Assembly: GCA_020723505.1 (NCBI GenBank)
Contig: DYIT01000001.1
Location: 8,530-72,529, forward strand
Length of the DNA: 64,000 nucleotides
From: Candidatus Kuenenia stuttgartensis
GTDB lineage: Bacteria > Planctomycetota > JAKEIC01 > DYIT01
Direction of reading: 5' to 3'
The translations under genes and the position numbers were made by a program. This document shows, piece after piece, positions 1-9,168 of this stretch (positions within the stretch are counted from its first letter, which is position 1; each line of letters begins with the position of its first letter). Below the pieces are notes generated by a model. It ran no database searches. It saw nothing but the letters and a program-made list of their open reading frames with translations, and had not been told where the DNA came from.

Positions 1-148
1 CAGGCTGGCTCTCCCCGAAAGGGACACCGAGGCTCGCGCGCCCCGGCACCCGTTACGACCGATGCGCCTCCATTTGCAGACGGGCCGGGATGTGTCATAA
101 TCCATGGTTTACGCCCAGAGTGGTCCGAAAAACCTCAGGGACCGACAC

Positions 149-2026
149 ATGCATGGCGGCGGGAACGAATACGCGGGATTCGAGGAGCTCGATCGGAGCA
201 AGGGAATCAACCTGGGCCTCCTGCGGAGGGTTCTCCCCCTTTTCGCGCCGCACCGGAAGCTTTTCGCGTTCTGCTTCCTCCTGATGGGGTGCGCAAGCCT
301 CCTTTCCCTCGCCGGCCCACTCCTGCTCAAGAGGGCGATTGACGAGGACATCCCCGCCGGGAATCAGAAGGGGCTCATGCTGACCCTCGGCCTCTTCCTG
401 TTCTGCCAGGCCCTAGTGCACGTCCTCGGGTATGCGCACACCGTCATCACGGGAATTGCGGGCCAGAGGATCATGGCCAGGCTCAAGCTCGACCTCTTCG
501 ACGTGCTGATGGGCCTCTCCATGGATTTCTTCGACAAGACGCCGGTGGGGAGGATCATGAGCAGGGTGGAGAACGACGTCGAGACGCTGAGCATGCTGTT
601 CGCGCAGACAGTTCTCGCGCTTGCCGGAAGCGCGGTCATGTTCGCGGGCATGGCGGCGGTGATGCTGGTCGTCGACGTCAAGCTCGCCTTCGTCACGTTC
701 GCCATCCTTCCATTCATGGTGATTATCGCCGCGGCATTCAGCAGGGTATCGGCGCCGCTGTTCCTCAACGTGCGGAGGAAGTACGCGGACGTGACTTCGT
801 TCATCTCCGAATGCGTCCAAGGCAGCCAGTCGCTCAGACTCTCGAACGCGGACGGATTCGCCCGCGACAGGATGGCCGGTATAGCCGGGGATTATTTCCG
901 CTCGCAGTGGAAAGCCGAGCTGTCGGTCATCTTCCTCTGGAACTCGATAATGTTCTTCGAGATAGTGGGCCTGGCCCTGGTCCTTTGGGTGGGTGGGGGA
1001 TGGGCGCTTGAGGGCGATCTTACAATCGGCGTCCTCGTGCTGTTCATCGGCTACATCCGGCAGCTCTTCGGGCCAATCCGGGCGCTATCCGAGCAGCTCA
1101 ACGTAATCCAGCGCGGCCAAGCCTCATCCCGCCGAGTATTCCACCTGCTCGACATGAAGCCATCGGTCGCGGACCCCGCCGAGCCCAAGCCGTGGCTGGG
1201 ATTCGAGAGTACAATCGAATTCAGGAACGTCACGTTCTCCTACGACGGCAGGAAAAAGGCGCTGGACGGCGTGTCCTTCACGATACGCAAGGGCGAACGC
1301 GTCGCCGTCCTGGGGCTCACGGGCTCAGGCAAGACCACCCTTGCCAGCCTGCTGTGCAGGTTCTACGACCCGACGGGGGGCAGCATCCTCGCGGACGGGA
1401 TTGACATCAGGGAGATGCGCCAGCGGGATTTGAGGGCGAAGACGGGCCTCATCCTCCAGGACGTGTTCCTCTTTCCCGGCGACATCTCCGGCAACGTGCG
1501 ACTCGGCAGGGAGGACCTTCCGCAGGAGAAGGTCGAGGCCGCATGCGTAACGGCAAAGGCGCACGAGTTCATCTCCGCCCTGCCTCTCGGGTACTCGACG
1601 GTGCTTTCCGAGCGCGGGCAGAACCTCTCAACCGGGCAGAGGCAGCTGCTCGCATTCGCCCGCGCCCTCGCCGCGGACCCGGAGATTCTCATCCTGGACG
1701 AGGCGACCTCCTCGGTGGACGGCAAGACCGAATCCCTTATTCAGGAGGCCATGGCCACCCTGCTGAGGGGCAGGACGTCGCTCATCATAGCCCACAGGCT
1801 GACGAGCATCCTCCATGCCGACCGCGTGCTCGTGCTGCACGAGGGCAGGCTCGTGGAGGAGGGCACCCACGCGGACCTGCTCGCCGCCGGAGGGCGCTAC
1901 GCGGCTTTCTTCAGGCTCCAGTTCGGGAACCACGCGAACGGCGGGGCATCGGGGACATGCGCCGCGGCCGACGGGTCATCAGGCCTGTCGCCAGCGCTGG
2001 CCGAGGGGCCGGGAGCGGCGCAATGA
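149..2026 (+). CDS. ABC exporter, fused permease/ATPase subunit 1 of a heterodimeric pair
   Basis: Long ORF 104..2026 with an N-terminal multi-TM exporter domain followed by an NBD. Walker A GLTGSGKTTL, signature LSTGQRQ (non-canonical), Walker B ILILDEATS. Start placed at ATG 149 (AGGGA about 8 nt upstream); start uncertain. Confidence 0.85.
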   Translation: MHGGGNEYAGFEELDRSKGINLGLLRRVLPLFAPHRKLFAFCFLLMGCASLLSLAGPLLLKRAIDEDIPAGNQKGLMLTLGLFLFCQALVHVLGYAHTVITGIAGQRIMARLKLDLFDVLMGLSMDFFDKTPVGRIMSRVENDVETLSMLFAQTVLALAGSAVMFAGMAAVMLVVDVKLAFVTFAILPFMVIIAAAFSRVSAPLFLNVRRKYADVTSFISECVQGSQSLRLSNADGFARDRMAGIAGDYFRSQWKAELSVIFLWNSIMFFEIVGLALVLWVGGGWALEGDLTIGVLVLFIGYIRQLFGPIRALSEQLNVIQRGQASSRRVFHLLDMKPSVADPAEPKPWLGFESTIEFRNVTFSYDGRKKALDGVSFTIRKGERVAVLGLTGSGKTTLASLLCRFYDPTGGSILADGIDIREMRQRDLRAKTGLILQDVFLFPGDISGNVRLGREDLPQEKVEAACVTAKAHEFISALPLGYSTVLSERGQNLSTGQRQLLAFARALAADPEILILDEATSSVDGKTESLIQEAMATLLRGRTSLIIAHRLTSILHADRVLVLHEGRLVEEGTHADLLAAGGRYAAFFRLQFGNHANGGASGTCAAADGSSGLSPALAEGPGAAQ

Positions 2027-3768
2027 TGAAGACCTTCAGATGGCTGCTTCCGGTCTACAGGCGCCAGGCGCCCCTGCTCGCGGGGATCGTGGCACTCACG
2101 GTCCTGTACACGGCCGGGCACCTCGGATATCCATACATCCTCGGCAGCGTCATAGACGGGGTCAAGACCGGCCTTTCAGGCGGGAAGATCGCCTTCTACG
2201 CGGTGCTCATCATGGCGCTCGGCGGCGGTTCCCACGTGGCCTACGCGCTGATTCAGGCCTGCAGGGTGAGGGTCAACATAGGCAACGAGCGCATGATACG
2301 CGTGAGGGTGTTCAACCACCTGACAAGGCTGAGCAGCCCGTTCTTCAACCGCTTCCAGAGCGGGGACATCATCACGCGCCTTACGAACGACATATCCGAG
2401 AAGATTGCCTGGTTCAGCTGCTCGGGCATTTTCAGGTTCTTCGAAGCCCTGCTCGTGATATCGATAGGCGTGGCGGTGATGACGGGCATCAACTGGAAGC
2501 TCACGCTGCTCGCCCTGGCCCCGCTGCCTGGAATCCTGCTCGCGTTCCGCATGCTGTCCTCGCGGTTCCGCAAGGCGTTCGAGCGCGTGCAGGCCACGGC
2601 CTCGGAGGCGAACGACGAGCTAGAGTCCGCGCTGTCGGGCGTCAGGATTGTCAAGGCCTACGGCAGGGAGCCCTCGGTGCGCCGCAGATACATGGAAGCC
2701 ACGGACAGGCGCGTGGAAGCGGAAATCCGCCAGGTCAGGATGCACAACCTCTTCCACAACGCGGGCGCGGCAATCGGAGAGCTCGGGGTCGTCGCCCTGC
2801 TCTGGGCCGGCTGCAGCATGGTCATGTCTTCGGAGCTGAGCCTGGGCGACCTGGTCAGGTTCAACATCTACATGATGATGATCATAGAGCCCCTCTGGAG
2901 CATCGGATTCTTCCTCCCGGCGCTGCGGCGCGCAGCCGTGTCAATCGGGAGGCTTTCGGAAATCGAGGACTGGAAGCCCGAGGTCGGGGACGCGCCCGGG
3001 GCCGAGGCCCTGCAGGGGACGAAGGGAGCCGTGGCGTTCGAGAAGGTCGTCTACTGCCACCCTGACTCCGGCGGCGCGGGCGTCTCAGGACTTTCCCTAT
3101 CGGTCCCGGCAGGGAGCAGGCTCGGGATCGTCGGCAGGGTGGGATCCGGCAAGACGACCCTCCTGAACCTCATTCCGCGCGCATGGGATCCTTCGGAAGG
3201 GAGGATCACCGTCGACGGCCGCGACATAAGGAGCTTCACCCTCTCGTCCCTGCGTTCGCACGTGGGGTACGTGCCGCAGGAACCGTTCCTGTTCTCGGAG
3301 ACCATAAGGTCGAACATCCTGCTCGGGCGCGGAATCCGGAGCGAAGCCGACCTCGAGGCGGCGGTGAGGACCGCGCAGCTTTCAGCCGAGCTGGCTGGGT
3401 TCCCTTCCGGGCTGGACGAGGCCCTCGGCCCGAGGGGGATAACGCTTTCCGGCGGGCAGAAGCAGAGGGTGTGCATAGCCCGCGCGCTGCTGGCGCGCCC
3501 GGAAATCCTCGTGCTCGACGACGTGACGTCGAACCTCGACTCCGCGACCGAGGCGGCGTTCTGGCAGGATTTGAAGCGCGACTTCCCGGGCGTCACGGTG
3601 ATTGCGGTGCTGCATAGATCAGCCACGGTCCGCGAGATGGACCGCATCGCGGTGCTGGACGGGGGGAGGGTGGCGGAGGAAGGCACCCACGACGAGCTGT
3701 GGGCGCGCAACGGCATCTACGCCGATCTTCTTCGCCGCCAGATGCTCAAGGACAAGATTTATCCGTGA
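2023..3768 (+). CDS. ABC exporter, fused permease/ATPase subunit 2 (degenerate catalytic site)
   Basis: ATG at 2023 overlaps the upstream TGA (2024-2026). Protein begins MMKTFRWLLPVYRR with a TM domain then an NBD. Walker A GRVGSGKTTL, signature LSGGQKQR, Walker B ILVLDDVTS with Asp in place of the catalytic Glu. The upstream part of ORF 1543..3768 is an out-of-frame shadow of subunit 1. Confidence 0.85.
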   Translation: MMKTFRWLLPVYRRQAPLLAGIVALTVLYTAGHLGYPYILGSVIDGVKTGLSGGKIAFYAVLIMALGGGSHVAYALIQACRVRVNIGNERMIRVRVFNHLTRLSSPFFNRFQSGDIITRLTNDISEKIAWFSCSGIFRFFEALLVISIGVAVMTGINWKLTLLALAPLPGILLAFRMLSSRFRKAFERVQATASEANDELESALSGVRIVKAYGREPSVRRRYMEATDRRVEAEIRQVRMHNLFHNAGAAIGELGVVALLWAGCSMVMSSELSLGDLVRFNIYMMMIIEPLWSIGFFLPALRRAAVSIGRLSEIEDWKPEVGDAPGAEALQGTKGAVAFEKVVYCHPDSGGAGVSGLSLSVPAGSRLGIVGRVGSGKTTLLNLIPRAWDPSEGRITVDGRDIRSFTLSSLRSHVGYVPQEPFLFSETIRSNILLGRGIRSEADLEAAVRTAQLSAELAGFPSGLDEALGPRGITLSGGQKQRVCIARALLARPEILVLDDVTSNLDSATEAAFWQDLKRDFPGVTVIAVLHRSATVREMDRIAVLDGGRVAEEGTHDELWARNGIYADLLRRQMLKDKIYP

Positions 3769-4012
3769 CAGGCTAAGACTAGCGGCGGCGAAGTCGGTTC
3801 GCGGATAAAACCGATCCGGAGGGTGAAGTCAATCGGCGGAGTCCGGGCATGGGAATACAAAGCCCGGACATCCGCCTCCACACAGAGACGGGGCTTTCCG
3901 ATGCTTCGCCGAATAATAAAAATCTCTTCCCGGCAATCCTGCCAAACAGCTATACTATGAACCCAATAAACGGGATATCCGGACCAAGTAAATACAGCTT
4001 ATAGTGGTAATC

Positions 4013-5890
4013 ATGATCAAGAAGCCCAAATCCGGGAACATTCGCAAGTCAAAGCCGGTTCAAGAGGAGCCTGAGCCGGATATGCCGGCGGAGATCAAGG
4101 CTCAACCCCCTGTCGCCAAGGCGCCGGTCGGAATCCCCGAGGCAGTGGACGGCATCGAGGAGCCCGGGGACAAGCCGAAGACCTCTTCGCGAACGCTTGG
4201 GGCGAGGAGGGCCACGGCTGTCGACCTGGCCAAGGGCCAGCGGGAGATATCCGTTTCCGAGTTCTTCATGAAGAACCGGCACCTGCTCGGATTCGACTCG
4301 CCGCGCAAGGCCCTCCTCACCACAATCAAGGAGGCGGTGGACAACTCGCTGGACGCTTGCGAGGAGGCCGGGGTACTCCCCCACATCGACGTGACGATAA
4401 AGGGCATTTCCGAGACGCGGTTTCGGGTGATTGTCCAGGACAACGGGCCCGGAATCGTGAAGAACCAGATAGGGAGGATTTTCGGAAAGCTCCTCTACGG
4501 ATCCAAGTTCCACAGGCTCAAGCAATCCAGGGGGCAGCAGGGCATCGGGATTTCCGCAGCGGGCATGTACGGGATGCTCACCACGGGAAAATCGGTTGCC
4601 ATCACGACCAAGCCGCATCCTGCCAAGCCCGCGCACTACTGCGAAATCCAGATTGATTCCAAGAAGAACGAACCGCAGTATCTCAAGGAGGAGGACGGGC
4701 ACGAATGGACCGGGAGTCCGACCGGAACGCGCGTGGAAATCGAGCTGGAGGCCGAGTACAAGAAGGGCAAGCACTCGGTGAACAACTACCTCCAGCAGAC
4801 GGCGATAGCCAATCCGCACGCGACGCTCTCCTTCAAGGGGCCTGAGGGCGAGGACATGGAGTGGACGAGATCCTCGGACCAGCTTCCGCCCGAGCCGAAG
4901 GAGATAAAGCCCCATCCGCGCGGCATCGAGCTCGGGATACTGATAAAGATGATGAAATCCACGACGGCCCGGAACATGGGGGGCTTTCTGAAGAAGGACT
5001 TCTCGCGCGTATCGCCTGCGGTGGCCGCGCAGATACTGGCCGAGGCGAAGATACCCGCCACGGCCAACCCGAAGCGCCTGGCGGCGAGCAACGCGGAGGA
5101 CGTGTTCAAGGCGATAAATTCCGAGAAGATTCGCATCATGGCGCCGCCGACCAACTGCATATCGCCAATCGGCGGGGACCTCATCGAGAAGAGCCTCAGG
5201 GCGCAGATTAACGCGGAGTTCTACTGCGCGCTGTCGAGGCCGCCCGCGGTGTACAGGGGGAACCCGTTCCAGATCGAGGCGGGGATTGCGTACGGCGGTC
5301 CCGACGCGGACGCGGACTCCCTGGTGAAGGTGATGCGTTTCGCGAACCGCGTGCCGCTGCTCTACCAGCCCGGGGGGTGCGCGATAACTCAGGCCATCAT
5401 CGAGACCGACTGGCGCAACTACCACATGAGCCAGTCGCGCGGATCGCTCCCCGCGGGCCCGGCGGTGATTCTGGTGCACCTTGCTTCCGTGTGGGTGCCG
5501 TTCACTTCCGAGAGCAAGGAGGCGGTCGCCCAGTACCCGGAAATCCGCAAGGAAATCAAGCTCGCTCTCCAGGAATGCGGCAGGGCGCTGGGAAGGTTCC
5601 TGTCGGGCAAGGCGAGGGTCGCGTACGAGGCGAAGCGCCGGAAGATCTTCGAGATCTACATAGACGAGCTGGTGGAAGCCGCCGGGGCGATGGCCAGGAT
5701 AAACAGGGCGAACCTCCGGAAGGACCTGGTCGGGATTGCCAAGAGCAAGACGCTCGACGCGGAGACCCCAAGCGGCGGAGAGAACGGATCGGAGGCCGAA
5801 GCGGCGGCGGCGGCCGGAACCGCGGCCGGCGCCAAGCCCGCGGCGTTCAACGGCGAAGCGAAGGGAGAGGCGGATGACGAAGGCGCTTAA
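4013..5890 (+). CDS. top6B: DNA topoisomerase VI subunit B (GHKL ATPase)
   Basis: Sequence GQREISVSEFFMKNRHLLGFDSPRKALLTTIKEAVDNSLDACEEAG, then VQDNGPGI and GQQGIGISAA, is characteristic of the Top6B Bergerat ATPase fold. A charged/Pro-rich N-terminal leader and an Ala/acidic C-terminal tail flank the core. ATG 4013 is in frame with GTG 4004. Confidence 0.85.
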   Translation: MIKKPKSGNIRKSKPVQEEPEPDMPAEIKAQPPVAKAPVGIPEAVDGIEEPGDKPKTSSRTLGARRATAVDLAKGQREISVSEFFMKNRHLLGFDSPRKALLTTIKEAVDNSLDACEEAGVLPHIDVTIKGISETRFRVIVQDNGPGIVKNQIGRIFGKLLYGSKFHRLKQSRGQQGIGISAAGMYGMLTTGKSVAITTKPHPAKPAHYCEIQIDSKKNEPQYLKEEDGHEWTGSPTGTRVEIELEAEYKKGKHSVNNYLQQTAIANPHATLSFKGPEGEDMEWTRSSDQLPPEPKEIKPHPRGIELGILIKMMKSTTARNMGGFLKKDFSRVSPAVAAQILAEAKIPATANPKRLAASNAEDVFKAINSEKIRIMAPPTNCISPIGGDLIEKSLRAQINAEFYCALSRPPAVYRGNPFQIEAGIAYGGPDADADSLVKVMRFANRVPLLYQPGGCAITQAIIETDWRNYHMSQSRGSLPAGPAVILVHLASVWVPFTSESKEAVAQYPEIRKEIKLALQECGRALGRFLSGKARVAYEAKRRKIFEIYIDELVEAAGAMARINRANLRKDLVGIAKSKTLDAETPSGGENGSEAEAAAAAGTAAGAKPAAFNGEAKGEADDEGA

Positions 5891-6986
5891 GAAGCTCAGG
5901 TCCATGAAGGACCCGGCCGATAAGATTAGGGCCATGGCGGACGCGCTCGTGCGTTTCGCGGAAAAGGGGGAGAACCCCTATCTGGACATACCGTCGAGGA
6001 CCCTTTCGAACGTCACGTTCAGCGACCGCGATTCCATCATCAAGCTCGGCGACGAGACGCAGAGGCGGTTCTTCTTCAACATCGGCCAGGCCAAGAAGTT
6101 CATGCAGACGTATCTCGTGGCGTCGGGGTGCTCGGAGCTGCTCAAGGTCCGGAAGACGACCTCCATCCGCGATCTCTACTACATGACCAAGCACACGATA
6201 AAGGACGCGCGCGAGGAGACGTTCAACGACCAGAAGGAATCGGACCCGATAATCGAGGACCTCGAGGTGGCGCTCGGGTCGCTGAGGGAGGAGCTCAACC
6301 TGTTCGCGAGCAACCGCGGAGCCATGGTGGGCAACATGACGATATGGGACTCCGGCGACATGATCAACCTCAGGAAGCAGGGGTCGGGCGGCTGGTCGGT
6401 GCCGTCCATCGTGGAGGAGAACGTCGTACGGTTCAAGAGCTGCGAGGCGAAGTTCATCCTCCTCGTCGAGAAGGACGCCGTATGGCGCAGGCTCAACGAG
6501 GACAAGTTCTGGAAGAAGCACAACTGCATGCTCGTGCACGGCCAGGGCATGGCGCCCAGGGGGGTCAGGAGGCTTCTCTACCGGATGGTGAACGAGCTAA
6601 AGCTGCCGCTTTTCGTTTTTGTGGACAACGATCCGTGGGGTTTCTACATCTATTCGGTCATCAAGCAGGGGTCGATAAACCTCGCGTTCGAATCGTCGCG
6701 CATGGCGGTGCCGTCCGCGAGATTCCTCGGGCTCAGCTCCTACGACAAGGGCAAGTTCAAGCTGCCCGACAACGTGTCAATCAGCCTCAACAAGGAGGAC
6801 CGCGACAGGGCGAAGCAGATACTCGAGTATCCCTGGTTCCAGAAGGAGGAATGGCAGAAGGAGATAAAGAAGATGCTCAAGGAGGGCATCAAGCTCGAGC
6901 TGGAGGCCCTGAGCGCCAAGGGAATCAGCTTCGTGTCGGAGGAATACCTGCCGTACAAAATCAAGAACAAGCTCTGGCTGAACTGA
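5874..6986 (+). CDS. top6A: DNA topoisomerase VI subunit A (Spo11-like)
   Basis: ATG 5874 (MTKALKKLRSMKDP...) overlaps the top6B end by 17 nt. The ILLVEKDAVW and FVFVDNDPWGFYIYSVIKQGS Toprim-type motifs are typical of Top6A/Spo11. The upstream Arg-rich part of ORF 5736.. is a shadow of top6B. Confidence 0.85.
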   Translation: MTKALKKLRSMKDPADKIRAMADALVRFAEKGENPYLDIPSRTLSNVTFSDRDSIIKLGDETQRRFFFNIGQAKKFMQTYLVASGCSELLKVRKTTSIRDLYYMTKHTIKDAREETFNDQKESDPIIEDLEVALGSLREELNLFASNRGAMVGNMTIWDSGDMINLRKQGSGGWSVPSIVEENVVRFKSCEAKFILLVEKDAVWRRLNEDKFWKKHNCMLVHGQGMAPRGVRRLLYRMVNELKLPLFVFVDNDPWGFYIYSVIKQGSINLAFESSRMAVPSARFLGLSSYDKGKFKLPDNVSISLNKEDRDRAKQILEYPWFQKEEWQKEIKKMLKEGIKLELEALSAKGISFVSEEYLPYKIKNKLWLN

Positions 6987-7002
6987 GCGGCGGGATCCGG
7001 GT

Positions 7003-8955
7003 TTACAGGTACATCAGCCTGTAGAATTCGAGTACGACGCCTTTCGCGGGTTCGACGGTATCTGTGTCGAACATGAACCCGGCGCCGCGCACCTGATCGT
7101 AGGCTTCCCTCGTGAGAAGTATCTCCTTGCCGGAGGCAACGTCCTCGCCGAGCTTGGAGGCCTTGTTCACCTGGTCGCCGAACGCGTCGCCCTCTATCCG
7201 CGTGATTCTGCCGAAACCGATGCCCGTGCATATCTGGATGGTCGAGTCCGGCTCCGCGACCGCGTTGTAGCCGTCGAGCGCCGCGTTCATGGCTATCGCC
7301 GCGTCCACCGCCTGCTTCGCCGAAGGGAAGACCGCGAACAGGTTGTCCACGTCCTGCTTGAGCAGCTCGCCCCTGTGGCGCTCTATCACGGGCCTCAAAA
7401 GCTCCGCATGCATCTGGAGGATGCTTAGCGAATGTATGATGCCCTTGCTGGCCGTGATTCTCGTGAACCCCACCGAATCCGTCATCATCACCGCGGCGTC
7501 CGTCTCGAACCGCTCGCGAATCTGCGCGTCTATCTTCTCCTTCTCCTCGGGTTTCTCGAGCCTCCGCCTGAGGAGTTCCGCGAATTCGCCGCTGATCCGG
7601 CCGGGCCCCCTGTGGACCGGCTTCACCAGGGCCGAAATCCTCGATGGGGCATCGACCGAGGCGACCGATTCCTGCACGCCGCTGCGCATGTCCTTGATCT
7701 TCACCTGACCGGCGGCAATTTCATCGGGCCCGACGACGGCGGTTATCGGTATGTTCTTCTTCGCCGCATGCTTGAATTGCTTCGCCAGTTTGCCCGCCTC
7801 GCCCACGTAGGTCTCCGCCCTGAGCCCTGCCTTCCTCATGGCGTCCGCGAGCCTGAGCGACTGCGGGGCGAGATCGTCGGAAAAGACCGTCACCAGGACG
7901 TCGGCGGCGGGGCTCGCGGCGGCGTCCTTCTTCTCTGCGAGGGCGATGATTATCCTCTCGAGCCCGAATGCGAGCCCCACGGCCGGATAGCCTTCCCCGC
8001 CGCCGAGCTGGCCCACGAGCCTGTCGTAGCGGCCGCCTCCCCCCAGCGATCCGATTTTCGGCTCAGTGACCTTTATCTCGAATATCGGACCCGTGTAATA
8101 GTCCAGCCCGCGCACCATTCCGGGCGAGAAGCGGAGCCAGCCCGGCTCGCCGGTCGCGGCTTCGGCCAGCGCGTATATCCTCCTCAGCTCCCCGAAGCCC
8201 TCCTTGCCCGCGGCCGAATTCCCGACGGCAGCCTCCACCCGCCTCATGTCGTCCGCGGGGTCCCCGGTGGTCACGAGCGCGTCCAGCAGCCCTCCGGCTG
8301 CGGCCTCGGCCATTCCAGGGCCGCCGTCGCGGGAGACGAGAATCTCGCCGACCGCCCCGGGGCCCATCTTCTCGAGCTTGTCCACGGCCTTGCATGCAGC
8401 GACCCTCGACTCGGGCGGAACGCCGAAGGCTTCCATAAGGCCCGTGATAATCTTCCTGTTGTTCACCTCGACGCAGAATTCCGCGAAGCCGAGCTTCTTC
8501 ATGGCCGAGCGGACGATGAGCAGGATTTCCGCGTCGGCTGACATCTCCGGACTGCCGATTATGTCGATGTCGCACTGGCAGAACTCGCGGAACCTCCCGG
8601 CCTGGGGGTTGTCGGCGCGCCATACCGGCTGAATCTGGTACCGCTTGAACGGCATGGGCAGGTTCTTGCCGTGCATGGCCATCACCCTGCTCAGGGGCAC
8701 GGTCAGGTCGTACCTGAGGCCGAGCGTGCGTCCGTCGCGGTAGGCGAGAGGGAAGATGAGCTTGTCCTCCTCGCCGCCGCTCTTGCCCGTCAGCACGTCC
8801 ATGAACTCGAAGGCGGGGGTCTCAATCGGCTCGAAGCCGAACGACTCGAAGGTCTCCCTGAGGATTGAGATTGCTCGATTGCGGACCGCCATGTCCGCCG
8901 GCAGGAAATCCCTCGTGCCCTTGAAGATTCTCGTCTCTATGCCGCCGCTCATCAT
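7003..8955 (-). CDS. hisS: Histidyl-tRNA synthetase fused to a C-terminal class III adenylate/guanylate cyclase domain
   Basis: N-terminal about 420 aa: KGTRDFLP, class II motif 2 FKRYQIQPVWRADNPQAGRFREFCQCDIDIIG and motif 3 GGGGRYDRL, plus an anticodon-binding-like region. C-terminal about 190 aa: AAVMMTDSVGFT, KQDVDNLFAVF and TGIGFGRITRIEGDAFGDQVNKASKLGE, which match class III cyclase core motifs. Start set at the MMSGGIETRIFKGTRD pair (ATG 8955); the longer ORF to 9225 would overlap pdaD. Confidence 0.8.
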   Translation of the reverse strand: MMSGGIETRIFKGTRDFLPADMAVRNRAISILRETFESFGFEPIETPAFEFMDVLTGKSGGEEDKLIFPLAYRDGRTLGLRYDLTVPLSRVMAMHGKNLPMPFKRYQIQPVWRADNPQAGRFREFCQCDIDIIGSPEMSADAEILLIVRSAMKKLGFAEFCVEVNNRKIITGLMEAFGVPPESRVAACKAVDKLEKMGPGAVGEILVSRDGGPGMAEAAAGGLLDALVTTGDPADDMRRVEAAVGNSAAGKEGFGELRRIYALAEAATGEPGWLRFSPGMVRGLDYYTGPIFEIKVTEPKIGSLGGGGRYDRLVGQLGGGEGYPAVGLAFGLERIIIALAEKKDAAASPAADVLVTVFSDDLAPQSLRLADAMRKAGLRAETYVGEAGKLAKQFKHAAKKNIPITAVVGPDEIAAGQVKIKDMRSGVQESVASVDAPSRISALVKPVHRGPGRISGEFAELLRRRLEKPEEKEKIDAQIRERFETDAAVMMTDSVGFTRITASKGIIHSLSILQMHAELLRPVIERHRGELLKQDVDNLFAVFPSAKQAVDAAIAMNAALDGYNAVAEPDSTIQICTGIGFGRITRIEGDAFGDQVNKASKLGEDVASGKEILLTREAYDQVRGAGFMFDTDTVEPAKGVVLEFYRLMYL

Positions 8956-9077
8956 GCGCTCCGCAAAACCCCGGCTGGATTCTATCCTCCGCGTGCCGGG
9001 TGTCAAGCGAGCCGCCTGATGCCCAGGGCTGAAGAGTCCGGAACCTTCGCCCCCGGGTCCGCCCGGGAGATTTTCCA

Positions 9078-9106
9078 TTGACCCAGGGATTTTATGCATT
9101 ATATAT
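9078..9106 (+). promoter_or_regulatory. Candidate sigma-70 promoter for pdaD-speB
   Basis: TTGACC (9078-9083), a 16-17 nt spacer, then a TATATA/ATATAT box at 9100-9106, about 60 nt upstream of the pdaD ATG. Sequence pattern only. Confidence 0.4.
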
Positions 9107-9168
9107 ATGATCGCTCCCGACGGCGGCTTCGGACGTCGGTGCTCTCCGGTCATTTTGGGGGATTCTCG

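Noticed and set aside
1543-2022. N-terminal 160 codons of ORF 1543-3768
   Set aside because: This stretch is out of frame over the NBD of the first ABC gene and Arg/Pro-rich. The real start is ATG 2023, overlapping the upstream stop.
3849-4007. 52-codon plus-strand ORF in the top6B upstream region
   Set aside because: It has no RBS, AT-rich non-genic codon usage and overlaps the top6B start region. It is most likely promoter/leader DNA.
4049-5935. 628-aa minus-strand ORF exactly mirroring top6B
   Set aside because: It is an antisense shadow ORF. The product is Arg/Leu/Gly/Pro-rich low-complexity sequence with no motifs, whereas the plus-strand product has unmistakable Top6B motifs. Stop-free antisense frames are expected at this G+C content.
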